From an uncultured Clostridia bacterium (GTDB lineage: Bacteria; Bacillota; Clostridia; Christensenellales; Borkfalkiaceae): a stretch of 64,000 bases of DNA. Under the pieces are notes generated by a model, which ran no database searches, had not been told where the DNA came from, and saw only the letters and a list, made by a program, of their open reading frames with translations. The position numbers and the translations under genes were made by a program. Positions 1-9,227 of the stretch are shown one piece after another. The DNA is taken from the NCBI GenBank assembly GCA_965120485.1, contig CBCPNG010000022.1, positions 1,457 through 65,456 on the forward strand, in the 5' to 3' direction. Numbering within the stretch: position 1 is the stretch's first letter; every line of letters begins with the position of its first letter.

Positions 1-15
1 AGAGGAATTATAATT

Positions 16-405
16 ATGGATTGGGAAACAGTAACACTTGATAGCAGCAGACAGGGTAAAACTACTGCTTTTGCAAGTATAGGTTTTGGTCGAATAACAT
101 TAAATTCAGCCGCTTGTAGTTTAATAAAAAACTTCACAGATTATAAATACGCTCAAATATTAAAAGCGTATAAAAACGAAAAATTATGTGTTGGGATAAA
201 ATTATTAAAAGATTATAAGGAAAACTCAATTAAAATCGGGAAAAGAAAATTTAATGGCGATATTGTTGAGAATAGCTTAAATATAGATAATAAACCGCTT
301 ATAGAAGATTTATTTGGTAAACAAGGAATACAAAATAAAGCCACGCGCTATGCCGTTGTGCTTGATGAAGATGATAAAAATATTTTAGTTATTTGCGTAG
401 AATAA
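16..405 (+). CDS. hypothetical protein in a visibly AT-rich ORF (foreign-looking); family not recognised
   Basis: 129-aa ORF with AGAGGA about 9 nt upstream of the ATG. Composition is much more AT-rich than the neighbouring genes. Followed by a 16-bp-stem hairpin. Upstream context is cut off by the window edge. Confidence 0.5.
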   Translation: MDWETVTLDSSRQGKTTAFASIGFGRITLNSAACSLIKNFTDYKYAQILKAYKNEKLCVGIKLLKDYKENSIKIGKRKFNGDIVENSLNIDNKPLIEDLFGKQGIQNKATRYAVVLDEDDKNILVICVE

Positions 406-424
406 AATTAGATATATCTTATCG

Positions 425-460
425 AACGCCGCCCGCGCACAAATGTGCGCGGGCGGCGTT
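425..460. terminator. bidirectional hairpin between convergent ORF 16-405 and ppk1
   Basis: Perfect inverted repeat AACGCCGCCCGCGCAC / GTGCGCGGGCGGCGTT with loop AAAT, flanked by A/T-rich sequence. Confidence 0.75.
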
Positions 461-472
461 TATAACAATATT

Positions 473-2539
473 TTAAATATTTTCGAGGAAGTTCTGCTGT
501 GAATTTACGATGCTATCCGCTTTATCGGGGCGGACATAAGTGCCGTCGGGGAGCAGAATCCTGCCGTTTACGTTGTCGGCAAGCATTACCTGCAACATAT
601 CGTATATCTGCGCCTCTATATCTTTATCGAGCACGGGGGTGGCGATTTCTACCCTTCTGTCGGTATTCCTCGTCATTAGGTCTGCCGAGGATATATACAT
701 AACCCTGCCTTCCCCCTCGCCGAAACAATATATGCGCGAGTGCTCTAAAAATCTGCCAACGATGCTCTTTACAGAAATATTTTCCGTTTTGCCGCGTTTG
801 CCCGGCAACATACAGCAAATACCGCGCACTATGAGCTGAATACTTACGCCCGCGCAAGACGCCTCTTGCAGTTTTTCTATTATTGACTTATCTGTAAGGC
901 TGTTCATTTTGCCAATGAATACGCCGCGCCCGCCTGCCTTTACCTTGGCGATTTCGCCGTCAAGGCACTCTAATATGCGCTGTTTGAAGTATTTGGGCGC
1001 GATGAGCAGTCGGGAATATTCGCCGTCTACGTTAGAGATTGCTACGTTGCGGAAGAAGGCGGCGCCGTCTTCGCCTATCTGCCTGTCGGCAGTTATTATG
1101 TTGAGGTCGGTGTATTGCTTTGCAGTACTTTCGTTATAGTTGCCCGTGCCGAGGTGGGTTATATAGCTTACGCCGCCTTCATCGGAGAATACTATGGAAA
1201 TAATTTTGGAGTGAACCTTATAATTTTCCATGCCGTAGATTATGTTACAGCCAGCCTCTTGCAACTGTGCGGCGAAAAATAAGTTGTTTTCTTCATCAAA
1301 CCGCGCCATTAGCTCTATCACCACGGTTACGTCTATGCCGTTTTCGCTGGCGCGCTTTAAGGCGTCGACTATGCGCGAATGGTCGGCAAGGCGGTATATG
1401 GTTATCTTAATTGCAGTGCAGTCGCCGCGGTCGGCGCACTCGTTTAAAAGTTTTATGAGCGGCTCCATACTTTCGAACGGGTAACGGAGCAACACATCTT
1501 TACGCCTTACCTCCTCCACCATAGAGGGAGCGTTTGCAAGTCTATCTGAAATTTTAGGTCTGAATGACGGGTAGGAAAGTTTTGCGGCGAGGTCTTTATC
1601 TATCCGCCTGCCGAGGCTGTAAAAATACTTGAATGAAAAGTTTGAGCTGACTTTATATATAAGGTCAGCCTTTATGCCGAGAGCCTCGGTGACGAACTTC
1701 ATGAGCGATTTGCTTTCGCCGCACACCTCTAAACGGACGGCATTTTGTACCATCCTCGTTTCGACCTTACTCTTTAAATACTGCGAAAAGTCGTTGTTGA
1801 ACTCTATGTCGGCATCCTCTACGTAGCTTTCGAACTCAGCATTGCGCGTCACCCTTATCATCATCGAGGACGTTGCCGTATACCCCGGGAATGCCGTTGC
1901 GCCGAGGTTGCGGATTACCTCTTCCAGCGTGATGAAGGCGTATTTTTTGCCGCCAGAAAAGCGGTACATGGCATCTAACCTGTCGGAAAACTCCATGACA
2001 CCTATCATGGTGTGGTCGTTCTTTTTGAGTTTATACAGCATGTAACAGCGCAGGTTTTCAAACCTTAAAAGCGGATGCTTGGCATCGAGCACCATGGGCG
2101 AGAGCATGGGCAGTACCTTGGCGTTGAAAAATGCCCTGAGCTCTTCACGCCGCCCCTGCGAGAGTTTTGCGTAGGGCAGAATGTTTATACCCTCTTCCGC
2201 GAGGGCGCGCCGCAGGTGGGCAAAAGCGTGTTCGCGCAGTTCGTACAGGCGCACGCAACGCTCTGCAATGGCGTTTAGCTGCATGCCGAAGGTAAGTTTT
2301 GTCTTGTTGTCGCGGGCGTCGGGGTGAACCTCTGCCTGGGTGTACAGACTGCCCATGCGCACCATGAAGAACTCGTCGAGGTTGGACGAAAATATAGAGA
2401 GGAACTTTCCGCGCTCTAATACGGGAGTATCGGGGTCTGTCGCCTGCTCTAACACGCGCAGGTTGAAGTTAAGCCACGAAAGTTCGCGGTTGATATATAT
2501 TCCCCTCTTTAATTTTATATTCTTTTTGTGGTCTGCCAT
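473..2539 (-). CDS. ppk: polyphosphate kinase 1
   Basis: N-terminus YINRELSWLNFNLRVLEQA is typical of PPK1, and the ~690-aa length fits. Start moved to MADHKK (GGGAAG SD upstream) instead of the track start at 2557. Confidence 0.93.
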   Translation of the reverse strand: MADHKKNIKLKRGIYINRELSWLNFNLRVLEQATDPDTPVLERGKFLSIFSSNLDEFFMVRMGSLYTQAEVHPDARDNKTKLTFGMQLNAIAERCVRLYELREHAFAHLRRALAEEGINILPYAKLSQGRREELRAFFNAKVLPMLSPMVLDAKHPLLRFENLRCYMLYKLKKNDHTMIGVMEFSDRLDAMYRFSGGKKYAFITLEEVIRNLGATAFPGYTATSSMMIRVTRNAEFESYVEDADIEFNNDFSQYLKSKVETRMVQNAVRLEVCGESKSLMKFVTEALGIKADLIYKVSSNFSFKYFYSLGRRIDKDLAAKLSYPSFRPKISDRLANAPSMVEEVRRKDVLLRYPFESMEPLIKLLNECADRGDCTAIKITIYRLADHSRIVDALKRASENGIDVTVVIELMARFDEENNLFFAAQLQEAGCNIIYGMENYKVHSKIISIVFSDEGGVSYITHLGTGNYNESTAKQYTDLNIITADRQIGEDGAAFFRNVAISNVDGEYSRLLIAPKYFKQRILECLDGEIAKVKAGGRGVFIGKMNSLTDKSIIEKLQEASCAGVSIQLIVRGICCMLPGKRGKTENISVKSIVGRFLEHSRIYCFGEGEGRVMYISSADLMTRNTDRRVEIATPVLDKDIEAQIYDMLQVMLADNVNGRILLPDGTYVRPDKADSIVNSQQNFLENI

Positions 2540-2629
2540 AATCTTCCCTTGCCGCAAAAAAACGGCGCGCGGACGTTAATTTGAAGTAAATATAAGAACA
2601 GAGGGTTAATTTTCAGAGCCGCCGTCTGC

Positions 2630-3652
2630 TCACGACCCCTTCTTTTTAGGCTTTGCGGGCGATTTAGCCGCCTTTTTGCGTATCTTTATATGCTCGGCGA
2701 GCTCTTCTACCGATGTTATCTTTTTTACCGGTCTTTCAGGGAAAAAAGGCGAGGGCTCTGCCTCTATGCCGCCTGACAGTATTAGCTTTAAGTAGCCCTC
2801 TTTGACACCATAGTTGCTGACCGCGATATCGCCGAAAGTGAATTTTTTGAGTATCTGCACCAGCGTAAGCAGAGCCACTACTATAAAGTATATCTTTTCG
2901 GGCGCATTTTTTATGAGCAGGTGCGAGCGGTCGGGTGCCTCTATCAGCTTTTTGGCGAGCTTTTTGAGTTTATCGAACTCTATGTGCATCTCTTCGCTTT
3001 CGGGGATATTGTAATAGTCGCGGTATATCTCGTATACCGAGCGGCAGGTTGCGCCGACGAGTACGGCGGTGCCGTCCTCGGATTCGGGCAGGGGCTTTTT
3101 GAGCAGTGCCTTTTTTATATACTTCTTAATTTTTGAACACTCGTCCTTATCGGGATATACGCTTTTGACAAATTTGTTTTGCAGTGTGAGCGCGCCGAAG
3201 TTGAGGCAGTACACGCCGTCGCGACCCTCTTCACCGAGGCGGCACATCTCTATGCTGGCGCCGCCTATATCTATCATGACGGGGTTTTTGAGCTTGGCGA
3301 ACTGCTCGTTGGAGACCCTGTCGCAGTAAGTTTCAGTTTCGCCGTCTATCTGGTTAATTACCGCTCCCGTCCTTTCGCGCACAGTTTTGAAAACCTCTGC
3401 CGCGTTTTCGACAAAGCGCATGGCGGCCGTGGAGATAATATAAAGCTTGTCTACGCCAAGCCTGCGGCACTGGTCCTGAAATACCGAAATTTTATCGACA
3501 AGTTTTTCTATGCCGTGTTCGGTGAGCCTGCCGCCTTCGGTAAAGCTGAGGGCGGAAAAACCCTCTCTGAACTTATACAAAGGTTTTTGGTCATCGCCGC
3601 ATACTATCATCGAAAGACTGGTAGAGCTGATGTCTATTACTGCGTAAGTCAT
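2630..3652 (-). CDS. ppx: Ppx/GppA-family exopolyphosphatase
   Basis: ASKHA-fold motifs AVIDISSTS and DIGGASIE. Start set at MTYAVIDI, which has AGGAGAA upstream. The track start at 3703 would overlap pfk. Confidence 0.88.
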   Translation of the reverse strand: MTYAVIDISSTSLSMIVCGDDQKPLYKFREGFSALSFTEGGRLTEHGIEKLVDKISVFQDQCRRLGVDKLYIISTAAMRFVENAAEVFKTVRERTGAVINQIDGETETYCDRVSNEQFAKLKNPVMIDIGGASIEMCRLGEEGRDGVYCLNFGALTLQNKFVKSVYPDKDECSKIKKYIKKALLKKPLPESEDGTAVLVGATCRSVYEIYRDYYNIPESEEMHIEFDKLKKLAKKLIEAPDRSHLLIKNAPEKIYFIVVALLTLVQILKKFTFGDIAVSNYGVKEGYLKLILSGGIEAEPSPFFPERPVKKITSVEELAEHIKIRKKAAKSPAKPKKKGS

Positions 3653-3699
3653 AATGCAATTTTCTCCTGATTTTTCAGAATTTAAAAGGTTTGTATTAT

Positions 3700-4764
3700 T
3701 CATTCGCCAAAGTATATGCCCATAGATTTTGCAAGAATGACCTGCTGTCCGTCGTTAGGGACAAACTTTGTTCTGCCAGCGATATCGACGAGCATGTTGA
3801 AACCCAGCTTGCCGCCGCGCATGCACACGGTTACGCCGTAGCTTCCGTTCTTTGCAAGTTGAGCGCCGAATGCACCCATCTGCGTGGAGAGGTATTTATC
3901 GTATGTGCAGGGCTCGCCCCCGCGCTGAATATGACCGAGCACGACGGAGCGGCAGTCAGAGCCCGTCTTTTCGCACATAGCGGCGGCAAGGCGGCTTGCA
4001 GTCGAGCCCCCCGCAGACGCGAGGTATTCCCTGCGCTCCTTCTTTGTCATATCCGCTTCGCGGCGGCTGAGCGCACCCTCTGCCACAGCCGCGACCACCG
4101 AACGCGAGGAGGATTTTTTATTTGAAATAAATGCGGCGAGTTTGTCCTCGTCGTAAGCAATTTCGGGAATGAGTATGGCGTCTGCGCCTGAGGCAATGCC
4201 GGCATACAGCGCAAGCCAGCCAACCTTGTTGCCCATTACCTCTACAAAAAATACGCGCGAGTGGCTTGTAGCCGTGGTGCGTATGCGCTTTATCGCGTCA
4301 GCGGCAATGTCGGCAGCAGAGTGGAAGCCGAATGTTACATCGGTGCCGTATATATCGTTATCAATGGTCTTTGGCAGACCTATGACGTTGCAACCCTCGA
4401 CAGAGAGCAACGAAGCCGTTTTGTGCGTGCCTGCGCCGCCGAGGGTGACAAGGCAGTCCAGCCGCAGCTTTTTATAGTTTTCTATCATGAGTTGAAGCCG
4501 CGTGGGAGAGTCGCCCTCTTTTACCGTCATCAGCTTGTAGGGCTGGCGAGAAGTGCCGAGAATGGTGCCGCCGAGGTCTAATATGTCATCTACGTCGGCA
4601 GGGGAAAGCACTCTGTAAGTTTTGCTCATCAGCCCTGCATATCCGTCTGTGAAGCCGTAAATTTCCACCCCCGGAATTTGCGAAAAGGCGCTTTTGCAAA
4701 AGCCGCGCAACACGGCGTTGAGCCCCGGACAGTCGCCACCGCTCGTAAGTATTCCTATCCTCAT
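3700..4764 (-). CDS. pfkA: 6-phosphofructokinase (PfkA family, phosphoryl donor uncertain)
   Basis: MRIGILTSGGDCPGLNA, GLPKTIDNDI and EVMG motifs. Start set at MRIGIL, which has GGGAGAA upstream. The track start at 4830 lies at or upstream of the predicted transcription start. Confidence 0.9.
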   Translation of the reverse strand: MRIGILTSGGDCPGLNAVLRGFCKSAFSQIPGVEIYGFTDGYAGLMSKTYRVLSPADVDDILDLGGTILGTSRQPYKLMTVKEGDSPTRLQLMIENYKKLRLDCLVTLGGAGTHKTASLLSVEGCNVIGLPKTIDNDIYGTDVTFGFHSAADIAADAIKRIRTTATSHSRVFFVEVMGNKVGWLALYAGIASGADAILIPEIAYDEDKLAAFISNKKSSSRSVVAAVAEGALSRREADMTKKERREYLASAGGSTASRLAAAMCEKTGSDCRSVVLGHIQRGGEPCTYDKYLSTQMGAFGAQLAKNGSYGVTVCMRGGKLGFNMLVDIAGRTKFVPNDGQQVILAKSMGIYFGE

Positions 4765-4834
4765 TTCACTTATTCTCCCACCAGCGCAAGTTTTTGCTGT
4801 GCCGACGCGGCAAAAATTTTTTCCGTACATAAAT

Positions 4835-4909
4835 ATTATACCACATTTTTTTATGTTTGTGGAGAGGTTGCCAAAAAATTTATAGGCGGCAGTTGTAAAA
4901 AAGTTGTAA
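4835..4909 (-). promoter_or_regulatory. candidate pfk-ppx-ppk promoter: extended -10 (TGGTATAAT) with two TTACAA repeats 11 bp apart upstream
   Basis: Minus strand reads TTTTTTACAAC TTTTTTACAAC (plus-strand TTGTAA at 4893-4898 and 4904-4909). TGGTATAAT is the reverse complement of 4835-4843. No good -35 hexamer. Confidence 0.45.
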
Positions 4910-4914
4910 AAAAT

Positions 4915-4949
4915 GCGGTGCGCGCGCGTCTTTTACGCGCACACACCGC
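4915..4949 (-). terminator. intrinsic terminator after the his operon
   Basis: On the minus strand, a 14-bp stem (2 G-U pairs) GCGGTGTGTGCGCG / CGCGCGCGCACCGC is followed by ATTTTTT. Confidence 0.7.
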
Positions 4950-4971
4950 CAAAATTGTATACAAATTTATG

Positions 4972-5775
4972 TTACAGCCCCTCTTCAACGAGCTGCGCAC
5001 CCCTGTACCGCACGAGCGACTTTACACCGAGCCCCTTTAAACTGCGGCATGTTTCGTCGAAAGCAAAGCCGAGGGATTCCGCCTTGTGGGCATCGGACGA
5101 GAGCATGAAGCGGCAACCGCGCTCGTGCAAGATTGGTATCAGTCTTTCGGAGGGATATATGCCGCCCTTACCGCGGTAGAGCCTGCCGAGGTTTACCTCT
5201 ATAACCGCACCCACGGGGAGCGCCTCTATTGCTTGGAGCACGGCGCGCATGTAGCGGGGGTCGGATTCGTCGAACAGCCTGCCGCCTTCGTTGTAGAGGG
5301 TTATGTAGTCGAAATGGCCGTATATATCTGGATTAATATCCCTCGCCATTTCCGCCACCTGTAAATAGTACTTTTCACACGCGGCAAAGATATTACCGCC
5401 GTAATATTCTGAAATTATCTTTTTAAAAGCTGTCTCGGAGTGGTCTATGTGCAGATAACGCCCCCGTTCGCAGAAATAGTGCACCGAACCTATGGCAAAG
5501 TCACACACCGAGGGTCGCTCGCCGAAACAGTCCAGCTCTACCCCGTTCAAGAGGTAAATTTTGCCGTCGTACTTTTGCTTTAACCGCTCAAATTCGCGCA
5601 TATATGCGTAGTAATCGCGTATGCAGTACGAGGGGTCGAAGGGCGTGTACGCGTGAAAGGACAGTCCTAATGTATCGAACCCGCAACCCATTGCGGCGAG
5701 CACCATGCTTTCCATGGAATCGCTTCCGTCGCAGAAAGTTGTGTGGGTGTGTACGTTAGACTTTATATAAGGCAT
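4972..5775 (-). CDS. hisJ: histidinol-phosphatase, PHP (HisJ) family
   Basis: N-terminus NVHTHTTFCDGS matches the PHP-domain metal motif. It is the last gene of the his operon. Confidence 0.85.
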   Translation of the reverse strand: MPYIKSNVHTHTTFCDGSDSMESMVLAAMGCGFDTLGLSFHAYTPFDPSYCIRDYYAYMREFERLKQKYDGKIYLLNGVELDCFGERPSVCDFAIGSVHYFCERGRYLHIDHSETAFKKIISEYYGGNIFAACEKYYLQVAEMARDINPDIYGHFDYITLYNEGGRLFDESDPRYMRAVLQAIEALPVGAVIEVNLGRLYRGKGGIYPSERLIPILHERGCRFMLSSDAHKAESLGFAFDETCRSLKGLGVKSLVRYRGAQLVEEGL

Positions 5776-6440
5776 TACTGCATTCTCTCCTGCTTTACCT
5801 TTTTATCTATGACATGGCGCGAGGCGAGCTGCGCAAGCACGTCGTCGGGGGATATTCCCATATCAATCATTAAAACGAGCAGGTGGTACGCGAGGTCGGA
5901 AATCTCGAATATGGTTTCCTCTTTGTCGTCGCCCTTGCCTGCAATGACTACTTCGGTGCACTCCTCGCCCACCTTTTTTAATATCTTGTCCCTGCCCTTT
6001 TCAAAAAGGTAGCAGGTATAAGAGCCCTCTTTCGGGGTATGTTTGCGACTGACAAGACTGTCGTACAGCTCCTGTATAGAGAAGTCGGGCTCTGCCTCCG
6101 CTTCTTCATTGACGAATAATGTGTTTGAAAAGCAGCTGTCGGTGCCGAGATGGCAGGCAGGTCCGTCTTTGACTACCTCTATGAGCAACGCGTCGCAGTC
6201 GCAGTCGGCAGTGACCGAAACTATGTGTTGAAAGTTGCCCGAAATTTCGCCTTTGAGCCAAAGTTTTTTGCGCGCGCGCGAATAGAAGCAGGTGAGCCTG
6301 CGTTTAAGGCTTATCTCTAAACTCTCCCTGTTCATATATGCCACGGTGAGCACCTTTTTTGAACGGGCATCCTGCACCACGGCGGGTATAAGCCCGTCCC
6401 TGTTGAATTTAAGTTTATCAATATCCAGCATAAGTTGCAT
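5775..6440 (-). CDS. hisIE: bifunctional phosphoribosyl-AMP cyclohydrolase / phosphoribosyl-ATP pyrophosphatase
   Basis: HisI motifs GLIPAVVQD and CDCDALL, plus a C-terminal HisE-like helical half. Lies within the his operon. Confidence 0.92.
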   Translation of the reverse strand: MQLMLDIDKLKFNRDGLIPAVVQDARSKKVLTVAYMNRESLEISLKRRLTCFYSRARKKLWLKGEISGNFQHIVSVTADCDCDALLIEVVKDGPACHLGTDSCFSNTLFVNEEAEAEPDFSIQELYDSLVSRKHTPKEGSYTCYLFEKGRDKILKKVGEECTEVVIAGKGDDKEETIFEISDLAYHLLVLMIDMGISPDDVLAQLASRHVIDKKVKQERMQ

Positions 6441-6509
6441 AACAAGCTCCCTCTTTGGTTATATTTTGTCGCGGCAAGCCGCGTTATTTGCAATATATTG
6501 CCGTGCCTT

Positions 6510-7268
6510 TTATGTGCGCACGGGTATATTGTTGGCGGTGAGGTATTCTTTCAGCCGCCCTATGTTTATCTCTTTGAAGTGAAAGACAGAAGCGGCGAGC
6601 CCTGCATCTGCCTCTGGCACCGTTTTAAACAGTTGCAAAAAGTCCTCTTTTTTGCCCGCGCCGCCGCTGGCTATTACGGGGATGGTAAGTCCGCGGCAGA
6701 CGGCAGAGAGCATTTCGCAGTCGAATCCGCCCTTAACACCGTCTGTATCTATACTGTTGAGCACGAGTTCGCCTGCGCCCTCTTCCTGACCGCGCCGCGC
6801 CCATTCGGCGGCAGATATGCCCGTATTACGCCTGCCCCCGTGGGAAAAGACTATGTATTCTCCCCCCACCCGTTTTACGTCCATAGAGAGTACCACGCAC
6901 TGACTGCCGTAGCGCTTTGCCGCCATGCCAATCAGCGAACTGTTGAGTATTGCGCCAGTATTTACGCTTACTTTATCTGCGCCGCACTTTAAGACCCTGT
7001 CGAAATCGTCGAGGGTGTTTATGCCGCCGCCCACGGTAAGCGGAATGAAGATGTGAGAAGCTACCTCTTTGAGCGCATCGGTAAACAGGGAACGCCCCTC
7101 TGCCGAGGCGGTTATATCGTAAAACACAAGCTCGTCCGCGCCAGAAGTGTTGTAAAACTGCGCGAGCTCCACAGGGCGCATTACCTCGCGGATTCCGTCA
7201 AAATTTTTACCTTTGACCACCATGCCGTCGCGCACATCGAGGCAGGGGATTATTCTTTTGGCGAGCAT
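6510..7268 (-). CDS. hisF: imidazole glycerol phosphate synthase, cyclase subunit
   Basis: KRIIPCLDV start and the SGGAG motif, with typical HisF length. Confidence 0.95.
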   Translation of the reverse strand: MLAKRIIPCLDVRDGMVVKGKNFDGIREVMRPVELAQFYNTSGADELVFYDITASAEGRSLFTDALKEVASHIFIPLTVGGGINTLDDFDRVLKCGADKVSVNTGAILNSSLIGMAAKRYGSQCVVLSMDVKRVGGEYIVFSHGGRRNTGISAAEWARRGQEEGAGELVLNSIDTDGVKGGFDCEMLSAVCRGLTIPVIASGGAGKKEDFLQLFKTVPEADAGLAASVFHFKEINIGRLKEYLTANNIPVRT

Positions 7269-7984
7269 TATTCTTCGTACTCCGCAAGTATTTTTTTGAG
7301 GTCGAGCGCGCCCTCGTAAACCGCCCTGCCCACTATTGCACCGCTCACGCCCATGCTTTTAAGCGCAGACAGCTCTTCATAATAAGTTATTCCGCCCGAT
7401 GCGATAATATTCAAACCATTTATAAGGCAAAGTTTGCCGTAGAGTTGAAGATTGGTGCCCGACAGCGCGCCGTCTTTGGATATATCGGTAAAAATGACCG
7501 TGCGCACGCCGCCGTCTTTGAGGCGTTGGCAGAACGAGTACGCATCGATATCGGTGACCTGCTTCCAGCCGTGTATTGCCACCTTGCCGTTTAATGCGTC
7601 TACGCCGACGGCGAGTTTATCGCCGAAATACCTGACGGCATCGGTGACGAGCGCAAAATTTTCTACGGCGGCGGAGCCTATTATCACCCTCTGCGCGCCA
7701 GCCTCTATGTACGCCTCCATGGCGCGCAGTGTGCGCATACCGCCGCCGACCTCTATAAACATGTCGTTTTCTGCGGCTATGCGCTTTATTACTTCTGCAT
7801 TTACAGTCGTACCGTCGCGCGCGCCGTCTAAATCTACCACGTGCAGGCGCTTTGCGCCGCACTGCGCGAAAGACCTTGCCTGTGCGGCAGGGTCGTCAGA
7901 AAAGACTTGACCGCGCGAATAGTCGCCGTTGGTGAGCCGCACGGCGTTGCCGCCGAGGATATCTATTGCGGGATATATGTGCAT
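7268..7984 (-). CDS. hisA: ProFAR isomerase
   Basis: IYPAIDILGG N-terminus and GGGIR-like motifs. Sits between hisH and hisF. Confidence 0.94.
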   Translation of the reverse strand: MHIYPAIDILGGNAVRLTNGDYSRGQVFSDDPAAQARSFAQCGAKRLHVVDLDGARDGTTVNAEVIKRIAAENDMFIEVGGGMRTLRAMEAYIEAGAQRVIIGSAAVENFALVTDAVRYFGDKLAVGVDALNGKVAIHGWKQVTDIDAYSFCQRLKDGGVRTVIFTDISKDGALSGTNLQLYGKLCLINGLNIIASGGITYYEELSALKSMGVSGAIVGRAVYEGALDLKKILAEYEE

Positions 7985-8028
7985 ATTTGCAACCTCACTT
8001 GCCCCTCTGCCGCAAAACGGGACGGGGG

Positions 8029-8643
8029 TTATTTTATTTCTGAAAAGGCGCGCAGGATTTTAAGACCCGTTGCGCCGCTTTTTTCGGGGTGGAACTGCGT
8101 GCCGTACACGTTGCCCCTCTCTGCCGATGCGGTGAGCATTTTGCCACAGTACTCTGCCTTGGCAGTGGAAAACTCATCGCACCCCCTTGCGTAGTACGAG
8201 TGGACGAAGTACACATATTCGCCACCCGAAAGGTATTTATACAGCGGTGAACTGCCTTTCAGTTGCAGGGAGTTCCAGCCCATGTGCGGCACTTTACAGC
8301 CCGTGGGCAACTCTTCCGCTATGGGCGAAACCACGCCTGGGATATAGCCCAGTCCGCGGTGGTCGCCGTATTCCAAACTCCTTTCAAACAGCATCTGCAT
8401 GCCGAGGCATATGCCCAGCACGGGTTTGCCTGCACGCACCTGCTCGTCGAGCGCGGCGGCAAGTCCGCCAGCCTTTAATTTGGCGACGGCATCAGCAAAG
8501 GCGCCGACCCCAGGCAGAATTATTGCCGAGGCTGACTGCAGTCGCCCCCTTTCTGCCGTTACCTCGTTTTCTATACCGAGGTGATTGAGCGAAGCGGTGA
8601 GCGAATAGAGGTTGCCCACTCCGTAGTCTATGACGGCAATCAT
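8029..8643 (-). CDS. hisH: imidazole glycerol phosphate synthase, glutaminase subunit
   Basis: IAVIDYGVGNL, GICLGMQ (catalytic Cys) and FHPEKS motifs. Confidence 0.95.
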   Translation of the reverse strand: MIAVIDYGVGNLYSLTASLNHLGIENEVTAERGRLQSASAIILPGVGAFADAVAKLKAGGLAAALDEQVRAGKPVLGICLGMQMLFERSLEYGDHRGLGYIPGVVSPIAEELPTGCKVPHMGWNSLQLKGSSPLYKYLSGGEYVYFVHSYYARGCDEFSTAKAEYCGKMLTASAERGNVYGTQFHPEKSGATGLKILRAFSEIK

Positions 8644-9227
8644 AACAGCCCCTTTGTGGTAGGAAGTTGGTCACGGCGTTCGGGCACGATGCCGACCGCC
8701 ATTGACATTGCCCTGGCAAATGCCTTGAACACTCCCTCCGCCACATGGTGGTTGTTTTCGCCGTCAAGTTTTTTTATGTGCAGAGCCATGGGGCAGGCGC
8801 GTGTGAACGCAAGGAAAAATTCTTTGATTAGCTCAGCGTCTAAATCGCCCAGCTTATATTCGCCAGGGAATTGAACATCGTAGCCAAGATATGCCCTGCC
8901 GCTTATATCGGCGGAGCACAGCACAAGCGCCTCGTCCATGGGCAGTACAGCCCATCCGTAGCGGGATATGCCGCGTTTATCGCCCAGCGCCTTGACAAAT
9001 GCACTGCCGAGAGCAATGCCGCAGTCCTCCACCGTGTGGTGGCAGTCTACGTTAATATCGCCCCTGCATTTAAGCGTAAGTGCAAAGCCGCCGTGGCGTG
9101 CAAACTGTTCGAGCATGTGGTCGAAAAAGCCGCAACCAGTTTCTATCTTATAGTCGCCGCCGTCGAGGCAAAGTTTTAGTTTTATGTCTGTTTCGTTGGT
9201 CTTTCTCTCTATCTGCGCGGTTCTCAT
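8640..9227 (-). CDS. hisB: imidazoleglycerol-phosphate dehydratase
   Basis: RKTNETDI and HHTVED motifs. Overlaps hisH by 4 nt. Confidence 0.95.
   Translation of the reverse strand: MRTAQIERKTNETDIKLKLCLDGGDYKIETGCGFFDHMLEQFARHGGFALTLKCRGDINVDCHHTVEDCGIALGSAFVKALGDKRGISRYGWAVLPMDEALVLCSADISGRAYLGYDVQFPGEYKLGDLDAELIKEFFLAFTRACPMALHIKKLDGENNHHVAEGVFKAFARAMSMAVGIVPERRDQLPTTKGLL

Noticed and set aside
2540-4830. Longer track starts for ppk (2557), ppx (3703) and pfk (4830). The same applies to nptA (31776), the ADH (42563), the SDR (23524), rnhB (54294), the surface protein (20844) and the PRC-barrel ORF (62768).
   Set aside because: The downstream ATGs are preceded by proper AGGAG-type SDs and match family N-termini. 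The longer versions add non-conserved residues, overlap neighbouring genes, or start upstream of the predicted promoters.
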